This document shows positions 28,514 to 36,691 of a stretch of 64,000 nucleotides of DNA, one piece after another; the first letter of the stretch is position 1; every line of letters starts with the position of its first letter. The notes under the pieces are model-generated. The model saw nothing but the letters and a program-made list of their open reading frames with translations. It ran no database searches and was not told where the DNA came from. Where the stretch lies: assembly GCA_043754515.1 (NCBI GenBank), contig JAYUUO010000305.1, forward strand, positions 1 to 64,000, read 5' to 3'. The DNA comes from Armatimonadota bacterium (GTDB lineage: Bacteria; Armatimonadota; Armatimonadia; Armatimonadales; Armatimonadaceae). A program made the translations under genes and the position numbers.

Positions 28514-30497
28514 GGTGAACGGCGAGACGGTCATGGCTCAGGGGACGAACGTTGACCTGGATCGCGACGAGGTAACCGTTGACAACCAGAAGGTTTCCGT
28601 CGCCGTTCAGCGACACTACATCGCTCTGCACAAGCCGCTTGGCTACGTCTCCACCGTTTCCGACCCATACGCGGAGCACAAGGTCGTTGACTTAGTGAAG
28701 ATAAACGGGGCGCGCTTGGTGCCGGTCGGTCGCCTAGACGCCGACTCGGAGGGGTTACTCTTGATGTCGGACGACGGCGATTTCGTCTTCAAGGTGACAC
28801 ACCCCAGCCAGAGTATGGGCAAGACCTATATCGCGACGGTGCGCGGGAAGCCCGACCCAGACGCGATGAACCGCCTCTCCCGCGGCTTGAAACTCAGCGA
28901 CGGCTACGTGACCGCTCCCGCCGGGGCGACGCTTCTTTCCCGCGGGCACGAGCCGGGCACCTCTATTCTGGAACTGGTCCTGCACGAGGGCAAATACCGG
29001 CAGGTACGCCGCATGCTCGACACCATCGGTCACCCTGTGCTCCGACTGGTGCGCACCCGCGTCGGCCCCGTGATGCTCGGCGAGTTGCAACCGGGCGAGT
29101 GGCGTCCGCTCACCGACCATGAGTTGACTCTGATCGCGGATGGTAAGAACGCCCCCGAAGCCGAGCCGGAAGCGGATGCGCGGCGCGGCCAGCGCGGACA
29201 TTACGACGGCGACCGGCGTGACCCCCAGCGCGAGCGCACGTTCACGCAAGTGACACGCCGCCCCGTTTCGCGCGGCGAAGGGGCGTTCGCACCGCGTCCC
29301 GGTGTCCGGGACGGCGGCAACGGTCAACGGCCCACGGGGCGACCCGCCCCGCGCCCGATGGGCGGACCCGCTCCGGGCGGACGACCCGCCTTCGGGAATC
29401 GTCCCGCGCCCGGCGGGGATCGCCCGTCATCTGGCGGCCGCCCGCCGCAAGGCGACCGCCCTTCTTTCGGAAACCGCCCGCCTCAGGATGGTGACCGTCC
29501 TTCCTTCGGGAGCCGACCGGCGCAGGGCGGAGATCGTCCCTCGCCGGGCGGCGAGCGTCCACGCTTCGGGCAGGACCGCCCGCAATCTGGCAATGACCGG
29601 CCCCGCTTCGGCGGCGACCGCCCGCGACCGGATGGCCCACGACCCGGATTCGGCGGGAGCCGCCCCGCCCCCGGTGGTGGCGACCGCCCCCAGTTCGGGA
29701 ACGATCGCGACCGACCAGGCGGTGACCGCCCTGGATTCGGTGGCGACCGACGTTCGCAAGGGCCGCCGCGTGACGGCGGTGCCCCGCGCTTTTCCAGCCC
29801 GCCGCGTGACGGCAACGAGCGACGATTTTCGGGTCCGCCGCTGGGCGGCGGTAGTCGGCCCAGCGGCGACACGCCGCGCAGGCCAGCGGGCCAGAGTGAC
29901 AGCGGCGGGCGACCACAATCCGGTGGAGATCGCCCGCGTTTCAACAGCGGCGGTGACCGGTCTCCTTACCGCCCAAGCGGGGTTCGTCCCCAGTTCGGTG
30001 GCAACCAACCGGCACAGGGTAACGACCGCCCCCGGTTCGGCGGGGATCGTCCAGCACCAGGCGGCGAGCGCCCGCGTTTCAATAGCGGCGGCGATCGGCC
30101 CCGATTCGGCGGCGGAGATCGACCCCAACAGGGCGGCGAGGCACCACGGCAGGGCGGCCGTCCCCCACAGGGATTTACCGGTAGCGGCCCGCGCCCCAAC
30201 AACACCTTCCGGGGAGGCGGCGACATGCCGAACCGACAGTTTAGCGGTGGCGGGAGCCGTCCCCCGTATCGCCCCATACCAAAACCGAGGGATGTGAGAC
30301 AAGGCAATGAAACTGGTAATAGCGGTTATTCACGACCGGGATCGGGGTCGGATCACGGAAGGCCTGCTCCGGGGCGGGTTCAAACTGACCAAAATCGGTT
30401 CAACCGGGGGGTTTCTCCGGGAGGGCAACGTGACGCTCCTGATCGGCGTGGAGGAGAAGGACGTGGACCGCGTCCTGCACCTGATCGGCGAAGCTAG
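28425..30497 (+). CDS. rluB: RluB-like rRNA pseudouridine synthase with long low-complexity C-terminal tail
   Basis: S4 domain RLQKVLAAAGIASRRKAE, GRLDADSEGLLL and EGKYRQVRRM motifs, then about 450 aa of G/R/P/D-rich sequence. Confidence 0.9.
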   Translation: MEQRLQKVLAAAGIASRRKAEELITGGRVKVNGETVMAQGTNVDLDRDEVTVDNQKVSVAVQRHYIALHKPLGYVSTVSDPYAEHKVVDLVKINGARLVPVGRLDADSEGLLLMSDDGDFVFKVTHPSQSMGKTYIATVRGKPDPDAMNRLSRGLKLSDGYVTAPAGATLLSRGHEPGTSILELVLHEGKYRQVRRMLDTIGHPVLRLVRTRVGPVMLGELQPGEWRPLTDHELTLIADGKNAPEAEPEADARRGQRGHYDGDRRDPQRERTFTQVTRRPVSRGEGAFAPRPGVRDGGNGQRPTGRPAPRPMGGPAPGGRPAFGNRPAPGGDRPSSGGRPPQGDRPSFGNRPPQDGDRPSFGSRPAQGGDRPSPGGERPRFGQDRPQSGNDRPRFGGDRPRPDGPRPGFGGSRPAPGGGDRPQFGNDRDRPGGDRPGFGGDRRSQGPPRDGGAPRFSSPPRDGNERRFSGPPLGGGSRPSGDTPRRPAGQSDSGGRPQSGGDRPRFNSGGDRSPYRPSGVRPQFGGNQPAQGNDRPRFGGDRPAPGGERPRFNSGGDRPRFGGGDRPQQGGEAPRQGGRPPQGFTGSGPRPNNTFRGGGDMPNRQFSGGGSRPPYRPIPKPRDVRQGNETGNSGYSRPGSGSDHGRPAPGRVQTDQNRFNRGVSPGGQRDAPDRRGGEGRGPRPAPDRRS
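29330..30270 (+). repeat. degenerate coding repeat (GGDRP / RP.FG units)
   Basis: Recurrent GGDRP, GDRPSFG and RPRFGG peptides encoded by variants of GGCGGCGACCGCCC. Confidence 0.75.
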
Positions 30498-30636
30498 CAA
30501 GACGCGCAAGCAGTTCGTGAACGTTTTGCCGCCGGACGCGGGTCCCGTCGGCACGTTCATCCCGTCGCCGGTCGAAGTCGAAGTCGGCGGCGCGGTTACG
30601 TTCGTGATCGACGTCGAGCGGTTCGAGCGGTTCTGA
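30307..30636 (+). CDS. darA: cyclic-di-AMP receptor, PII-like (DarA/PstA, DUF970)
   Basis: MKLVIAVIHDRD, TKIGSTGGFLREGNVTLLIGVE and VEVGGAVTFV signature. Confidence 0.92.
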   Translation: MKLVIAVIHDRDRGRITEGLLRGGFKLTKIGSTGGFLREGNVTLLIGVEEKDVDRVLHLIGEASKTRKQFVNVLPPDAGPVGTFIPSPVEVEVGGAVTFVIDVERFERF

Positions 30637-30682
30637 GAAACGTGTTAATCACCGCGAGAGGGGTAGTCGCGTAAGCCTTCGC

Positions 30683-31090
30683 ATGGAAGTTCAAGTGACA
30701 GACGTCCGGCACGAGTTGTCGGGGCGCACAGTGGTGAGTTGCGTTTGCAGACATGGCGCGGCGAAGGCGTCCTGGACGGGAGTCCCGCCCGTTAAAACCG
30801 AGTCTTACTGGGTGGAGACGGAGGTTTACGCTGTGCTGAAGTGGGGCGATAACATAAATTCGAGCGAGACCGACGAACCGGGGATCTGGCTCGAAGGCGA
30901 TATGTGCCACGCTCAGGGTAGATTTCACATCCTGTTCGCCGATGTGGATGATGTGGAGACTCAATATTACGTTCGAGTTGGACATGGAATGTTTAACCTC
31001 GGTGTCATACATGACCCGCCGACGGAGGAACAACCCTGCGTGCTGGCCGTTCCTCATCGCGACATTCGTCTCTGGCAATACAACAGCTGA
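30683..31090 (+). CDS. hypothetical protein
   Basis: 135-aa ORF that fills the gap between darA and holB. No family recognised. Confidence 0.55.
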   Translation: MEVQVTDVRHELSGRTVVSCVCRHGAAKASWTGVPPVKTESYWVETEVYAVLKWGDNINSSETDEPGIWLEGDMCHAQGRFHILFADVDDVETQYYVRVGHGMFNLGVIHDPPTEEQPCVLAVPHRDIRLWQYNS

Positions 31091-31104
31091 GCACGCAACT
31101 TCCA

Positions 31105-32175
31105 ATGGCACTAACTTCCGTAATCGGTCAGGAGACCGCGACCACTGCGCTCCGCGCCTTCCTACTGCGCGACGCCGTGCCACAGTCAATGCTGTTCGTC
31201 GGCTCGGAAGGCGTCGGCAAAACCACGACTGCCGTCGAGTTCGCCAAGGCGTTGATCTGCAAAAGTCGCACCTCCACCGGCGATGCGTGCGACGTCTGCG
31301 CCAACTGCCGCCGCGTTGACGCGGGCGAACACCCGGACGTCAAGCGGGTCGCGCCAGACGGCGAGTTTACGCGCATGTATCAACTCTGGTCGCGCCCCGG
31401 CCATCCCCCCGGTATTCTCGAATCGCTCCCCTACGCGCCCGTCGCCGCGACGACGCGGGTTATTATCTTCGAGCGGGCGGAGACATTCAATGACGAGTCC
31501 GCGAACTCGCTACTTAAGGCATTGGAGGAGCCGCCGCCGTATGTACAGTTCGTGCTGTGCGCCCCGGCACCGTCATCCGTTCTGCCGACGATCCTGTCCC
31601 GTTGCCAGATGATCCGCTTCCGGCAGGCACCCACCGACGCCATCACGCGCGGCCTGGTGGAACGCGCTCACATCCCCGAGGGTGAAGCGAGGATCATCGC
31701 CGCCTACGCCGAGGGCGCGCCGGGGAAGGCGTTCCGTCTCGCGAACGCGCCCGAGGTACGCACGCAACGCGAAGGGTTGCTCGATGTCGCCGCGCGGATT
31801 GCCCTGTGCCCACTTATCGCCGCGTTCCGCCTCGCCGAGGATTTCCGCAACGCCGCGAAACCGGGCAAGGCGAAGAAAGGCGATATGGAGGACGAGGGGG
31901 AAAAGGCGGCTCGCGGCGACTTGGGACGCGCGATTGATGTGCTGTGCGCGTGGCACTCCGACCTCCTGGCGGCGCAACTAGGCGGTAATGACGCGCGTCT
32001 GGTGCATGACGAGCGGCGCGGTGCCGTCATGGAATCGGTTCGGCGGTATACGCGCCCCGAGCAGATTGCCGAGAACCTGGAAACCCTTTTCACATTTCGG
32101 CGACACCTCGCCCGCAATGCCAACGCGCAACTTGCCACCGAAGTGCTGATGGCGAAACTGGTGCCACATCTTTAG
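31105..32175 (+). CDS. holB: DNA polymerase III subunit delta'
   Basis: GSEGVGKTT, CDVCANC zinc motif, HPDV, ANSLLKALEEPP and LPTILSRC motifs. Confidence 0.93.
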   Translation: MALTSVIGQETATTALRAFLLRDAVPQSMLFVGSEGVGKTTTAVEFAKALICKSRTSTGDACDVCANCRRVDAGEHPDVKRVAPDGEFTRMYQLWSRPGHPPGILESLPYAPVAATTRVIIFERAETFNDESANSLLKALEEPPPYVQFVLCAPAPSSVLPTILSRCQMIRFRQAPTDAITRGLVERAHIPEGEARIIAAYAEGAPGKAFRLANAPEVRTQREGLLDVAARIALCPLIAAFRLAEDFRNAAKPGKAKKGDMEDEGEKAARGDLGRAIDVLCAWHSDLLAAQLGGNDARLVHDERRGAVMESVRRYTRPEQIAENLETLFTFRRHLARNANAQLATEVLMAKLVPHL

Positions 32176-32186
32176 ATGTCGCGCCG

Positions 32187-33224
32187 CTAGCCGAGATGCG
32201 CTAGACACCAGAACAGACGCGCCGTACTAGCGTTCGCCATCAATGTGGCATGGGCCTCGTTCGTGTTCCGCCAGTCCCTCCAGGAGGAGCGATACCCGCC
32301 ATCCTTCTCGCGGAGACGCGTCGCCGCGAACACGCCGTTCGCCTCCGCGCGGGCGCGGAGCCAGGGCTGTTTCGTTTCACGCCACAGCAGAAGATACGCC
32401 TCGCAGAGCAGGTGCGAGAAGTTGGCGTCGTCACGGAACGCGCCCGTGTCGGCCACGACGAACATCTTTTCGGATGACTCCGCGATTCGGACCGCCTCGT
32501 CACGGTGCGCACACTTACCGGTAAGAAGCCAGAGATCTAGATACGCACGGAGCATGAGGGCACTATTGTAGGTCCATTTTGACTTCTCGATCTTGCCATC
32601 CGCGATCGTGATGTTATCCCAATATAATCCGTCACTCGGGTCACGTAGCGTTTTCCGGGTCCAGTCAATGATCCGCGTTGCCTGGACTATATGTTCCTCG
32701 CGACGCGTCTGTCGGGCGAGCGCGAGCGCGGCGGTAGCGGCAGGCGCGTTCGCGCAGGTGTTCTTGCTCCGGTGATCCTCGCGCCAGTAGATCCCCCCCC
32801 CCGCCTTATCGTCCCATCCAGACAGTACGAACCGCAGTGTCTCTTCCGCGCGGCCACGGTAGATCTTGTTCCGCGTCACGACGCAAGCTTCGGCGAACGC
32901 GATAGCCATCCAGTCGTTATCGTCGTAGTACCGGTCATCTCCGGTTTTTGAAAGGTAGGCGTTGTAGCCGTACACGCCGCCTCTTTTGCACCAGTAGCCC
33001 TCCATGCCTTGAAAAAAGGCGTCCAGATACGGACGGTACACGGTCGGCGCGTGGCGCGTGGCTCCGACGAGCATTGAGAACGCAACCCCGTTCCCCCACA
33101 TGAATTCCCACGGTAAACTCTTTGCATCAGGCGGGCTAGCAGGACGGAAAAGTTTTGCGTCGCCATCCCAGAGCGTTCTGAGGCACCACTGCGTCGCCCC
33201 TTCCGCACACTTGTTCCAGTTCAT
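32187..33224 (-). CDS. glycoside hydrolase family 76 (alpha-1,6-mannanase-like)
   Basis: YYDDNDW catalytic di-Asp, GGGIYW, SKNTCANAP and WTYN motifs. No signal peptide. Confidence 0.88.
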   Translation of the reverse strand: MNWNKCAEGATQWCLRTLWDGDAKLFRPASPPDAKSLPWEFMWGNGVAFSMLVGATRHAPTVYRPYLDAFFQGMEGYWCKRGGVYGYNAYLSKTGDDRYYDDNDWMAIAFAEACVVTRNKIYRGRAEETLRFVLSGWDDKAGGGIYWREDHRSKNTCANAPAATAALALARQTRREEHIVQATRIIDWTRKTLRDPSDGLYWDNITIADGKIEKSKWTYNSALMLRAYLDLWLLTGKCAHRDEAVRIAESSEKMFVVADTGAFRDDANFSHLLCEAYLLLWRETKQPWLRARAEANGVFAATRLREKDGGYRSSWRDWRNTNEAHATLMANASTARLFWCLAHLG

Positions 33225-33276
33225 CGTATATTCTTCCCTAATTCTCAACAAAAGCCTATCACCAATCCCCGTTTTA

Positions 33277-33378
33277 GGAAAGCCCTTTCGTAAAATATTC
33301 GTGAAAGCGTTGAATCCCGTTCGTCTGACTCTTGACAGAACATAAAACAGGACGTATCATTCTACGAAAGGGCTTTCC
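33277..33378. promoter_or_regulatory. paired LacI-family operators and sigma70 promoter between the divergent GH76 and LacI genes
   Basis: 19/20 inverted repeat (33277-33296 and 33359-33378), each arm holding GAAAG-SS-CTTTC. Plus-strand TTGACA (33332-33337), 17 nt, TATCAT (33355-33360). Confidence 0.78.
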
Positions 33379-33413
33379 CAAAGCAGGGATTGCCATCATC
33401 AAAGAAATAAACG

Positions 33414-34514
33414 ATGCCTTCTATCAAGGATGTAGCGGCGGAAGCCAAAGTCTCACCCGGCACAGTATCTAAAGTGCTGAATATGCGCTCCGACGCGAAT
33501 ATTTCCTTCGCGACTAGCGAGCGCGTCCGCTCGGTCGCGCGTCGCATCGGGTATCACCCGTCCGCGCTGGCTCGTGGCCTCGCCGGGAAGCCGATGAATA
33601 CCATCGGGGTCGTCATGGCATACAGCCAGGAGTCGGTGACATCGGACCCCTACCTCGGACCTTGCCTGGATGGAATCCTTGCGCGAAGCAAGGAAAGACA
33701 GCAGAAAGTTACACTGTTTCTCGAGGGCGATTGGGATGCCGCACTTCGTAGCGTGCCCATCTACGGTGAAGGGCACTGTGACGGCCTTCTGGTGATTATC
33801 CCCCGTCTAGGAAGTCCTTTCCTCGAATGTCTCCAAATGCGGCGCCCCCGCCTCCCTTTCGTTCTAGTCGGTGACAGCCGCGAGGAGGGTGGAATGCCTT
33901 GCGCTGATTTAGACAACCATGCGGCGGCCCGGATGGTTACTTCCCATCTCATAGCTTTTGGACATCGGCGGATCGCGGCCTTTTGTGGGAATGATGACTT
34001 CTGCTCGAATACGCAACGTCTAGAGGGATACAAGGCGGCGTTGACTGACGCGAATCTCGCTATAGATTCGGATCTGGTGTTCGAGGGCCAGTATCACAAC
34101 GAGTGGGGCGCGAGAAACATGGCGCGGCTACTCGATACGTTCCCGAGCGCGACACGACCAACCGCGGCCGTCGGCTTCTGTGACTCGGTAGCAATAGGTG
34201 CTTTGGATGAGATGGAGCGACGTGGTATCACCGCGTCGGATGTTGCAGTCGCGGGTATTGACGATATTCCCGACGCGGCCCGTCGCGGACTGACCACCAT
34301 CCGTCATTCCATCCGTCGAGTTGGTGAAAACGCCGTGGAGACGCTCCTGGGGATCATCCATCCGGAGCGGGGAACACCTGATCGTGTGTTGCTTGCGCCG
34401 GAGTTAATCGCGCGGCAATCTACCGCCGTGGCTCGTCGTCCCGACGTCGCGCCCATCAAAGGAGAACACGTGACCTATCTTAGAAGGAGCAGTGCCATCG
34501 GAAACAAACAGTAA
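33414..34514 (+). CDS. LacI family transcriptional regulator
   Basis: SIKDVAAEAKVSPGTVSKVLN HTH, YHPSALARGL hinge, GHRRIA and VAGIDDI motifs. Confidence 0.95.
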   Translation: MPSIKDVAAEAKVSPGTVSKVLNMRSDANISFATSERVRSVARRIGYHPSALARGLAGKPMNTIGVVMAYSQESVTSDPYLGPCLDGILARSKERQQKVTLFLEGDWDAALRSVPIYGEGHCDGLLVIIPRLGSPFLECLQMRRPRLPFVLVGDSREEGGMPCADLDNHAAARMVTSHLIAFGHRRIAAFCGNDDFCSNTQRLEGYKAALTDANLAIDSDLVFEGQYHNEWGARNMARLLDTFPSATRPTAAVGFCDSVAIGALDEMERRGITASDVAVAGIDDIPDAARRGLTTIRHSIRRVGENAVETLLGIIHPERGTPDRVLLAPELIARQSTAVARRPDVAPIKGEHVTYLRRSSAIGNKQ

Positions 34515-34713
34515 ACATTGTCACACCCTGCTGCCCGACCCCTGTAATCCCGTGGAAAGACATCCGGGCTGACGACGCTGACGGGCCAATATCCGTGGTC
34601 ATGATCAGCACAAAGAGGAAATCGAGACGGTGCCCTACAAATCATGGGGTGCCAAAAAGCGGCTATCATTCATTGCCGAAACGATAGGGTCGTCCCTAGA
34701 AAGAACCAAGTTT

Positions 34714-35604
34714 ATGAAACAGTCTTCCGTACAACAAAATCGTCTTAGTGGATTCACACTGATCGAGTTGCTTGTTGTCATCGCTATCATCGCGATTCTC
34801 GCCGCCATCCTGTTCCCCGTTTTCGCCCAGGCGCGTGCCAAAGCGCGTCAGATCACCTGCATCTCGAACGAGAAGCAGTTGGGTCTCGGGATGATGCAGT
34901 ATGTCCAGGACTACGACGAGACCGCGCCGCTGTTCCGGATCGTCAATAGTTCGTGGTGGACCGCCAAAATGCAGAACTGGAAAGACCTGATCTACCCGTA
35001 CATCAAGAACGGCGGACGCGACTACAACGGCGGCGTCGCTAACACCCAGGAGGGGAGCGGCGGTGTGTTTTCCTGTCCGGAGAACTCCGCGACCTGGTCA
35101 GGTGCCCCGGTGTGGTGGGATCCTTATAATGGCTCGGGTGGGATTGGCGACGAGACTACCCGGTTCCCTCGCGGCTACGCCGTTAACACCGATGCCGGTG
35201 TGAATGAAAAGGGATCAAACGGGAAGTTCTGGCCCTGCTCTGGTGACGGCAGTTGTGAGAGCAACACTGGCGCGTTCGCCGACCTGCAAACCCCGACAAA
35301 CACGATCATGATAGCCGAGTCGCGTCTCCCTTTCCCCGACACGAGTTCCCAGTTCGCGACTTACCAGTGTACGGCATTAGGCGTACCCGCGGGTGGACAG
35401 ACGACCGGTTGCATTCAGGGGCACCGGGGCGGCTTTACAAACTTCGTGTTCTTTGACGGACACGCAAAATCGGTGCGCCTGACGAACTCCATTTCGCAGG
35501 ACATGTGGGGCGTCTACAACGGGCCGAAGGGCTACGGCGCGGCGCAACAGGCGTCTGACCTCTCTGCGGTGAATCAGACGAAGGAGTGGAACCCCGGCTT
35601 TTAA
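34714..35604 (+). CDS. DUF1559 prepilin-type N-terminal cleavage/methylation protein with H-X9-DG-like motif
   Basis: [42 protein letters not shown]...QDYDE and C-terminal [11 protein letters not shown]. Confidence 0.93.
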   Translation: MKQSSVQQNRLSGFTLIELLVVIAIIAILAAILFPVFAQARAKARQITCISNEKQLGLGMMQYVQDYDETAPLFRIVNSSWWTAKMQNWKDLIYPYIKNGGRDYNGGVANTQEGSGGVFSCPENSATWSGAPVWWDPYNGSGGIGDETTRFPRGYAVNTDAGVNEKGSNGKFWPCSGDGSCESNTGAFADLQTPTNTIMIAESRLPFPDTSSQFATYQCTALGVPAGGQTTGCIQGHRGGFTNFVFFDGHAKSVRLTNSISQDMWGVYNGPKGYGAAQQASDLSAVNQTKEWNPGF

Positions 35605-35624
35605 TAGGACACTGGTTGGAAGAT

Positions 35625-35653
35625 ACCCGCCCGCGCCAGCCGCGCGGGCGGGT
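35625..35653. terminator. GC-rich hairpin after the DUF1559 gene
   Basis: ACCCGCCCGCGC-CAGCC-GCGCGGGCGGGT with no U-tract, so it may stabilise the mRNA rather than terminate it. Confidence 0.45.
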
Positions 35654-35714
35654 GAGTACATCGCCGTCTGCCAGATGAGACGACGAACTTAATCGCATCT
35701 GGATAGTCAACACC

Positions 35715-36011
35715 ATGAAAATAAGAATCACAAGAGTGGTAGGCGATAAAGAAGGTAGCACCGCTACTGTATGCGGGGCACTAGCGGTCGCTACGCTCTG
35801 CATCCTCTCGGCCGGCTGCTCGCCGTCCCCGGACGCGCAGGGTGGAGGATCACAGGCCGGGGGGACGAAGGCGGGTACCGTCGTCGCGCCGATGGCAAAG
35901 CCCGGCGCGAAAATCGGCGAGAACAACCCGCCGCCGGGGCAACCCAATCACATGTCGCCGGAGATGGAGGCGCAGATGAAGAGCTACCAGGAGAAGGCCG
36001 GAAAAAAGTAA
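35715..36011 (+). CDS. small putative lipoprotein
   Basis: Hydrophobic stretch ending in lipobox LSAGC, then a G/P-rich mature part. Confidence 0.65.
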   Translation: MKIRITRVVGDKEGSTATVCGALAVATLCILSAGCSPSPDAQGGGSQAGGTKAGTVVAPMAKPGAKIGENNPPPGQPNHMSPEMEAQMKSYQEKAGKK

Positions 36012-36121
36012 CCGTATGGTGCTCCGTGGTTTCATTATTCCACTCTCTTCACACTAATAATTAGTCCGGCGGTGAAGAAACTGCCCTGTTTACGCGTTAT
36101 TAAGGTGAAAGAAATAACGCC

Positions 36122-36691
36122 GTGAATGAACCGACGGGGCAATGCTCCGACACCGACGACGAAATCATGAGTCGCGTCATCGCAAGTAGCGACGCGGCGG
36201 CGTTCACGTGTCTGGTGCGCCGACACCAGGCACGCGTCATCGGGTTCGCGGCGCGGATGTTCGGCGGTGACCTGGATACCGGTGCGGACATCGCCTAGGA
36301 CACGTTCGTGCGGCTGTGGGAGACGCGGGGGCGGTATGTCCCGAATGGCAAACTACGCCTGTACCTGTTGCGGATCGCGCATAACCTGTGCGTGTCACGG
36401 CTTCGCTCCCCTGAGTCGAAGGTTGGCGCGCTGGATACGCGGGAGCCGGATCAACGAATTACTTCCTCCTCCGACATAGCAGTCGCGGTTCGCTCGGCTC
36501 TCAGCCGACTTCCGGACGATCAGCGGGTCGTGTTTCTGCTTCACGAGTACTCCGGGCTTTCGTATGCCGAAATAGCCGACACCCTCGCTATCGCCCCCGG
36601 CACCGTCGCGTCACGCAAGCATTCCGCCGTACAAGCCCTGAGTAAACTGCTCGCGCCATTGTACGGACGGAAAGAGGGAGGCCGCAAATGA
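36122..36691 (+). pseudogene. ECF sigma factor interrupted by an in-frame TAG
   Basis: Region 2 DAAAFTCLVRRHQARV...ADIA*DTFVRLW (TAG at 36296-36298) and LRLYLLRIAHNLC. Region 4 LSRLPDDQRVVFLL...GLSYAEIADTLAIAPGTVASR. Confidence 0.88.

Noticed and set aside
29242..30307. Long alternate-frame and antisense ORFs, or a CRISPR-like array, in the rluB tail
   Set aside because: These are by-products of GC-rich low-complexity coding sequence. The repeats are degenerate and have no repeat-spacer structure.
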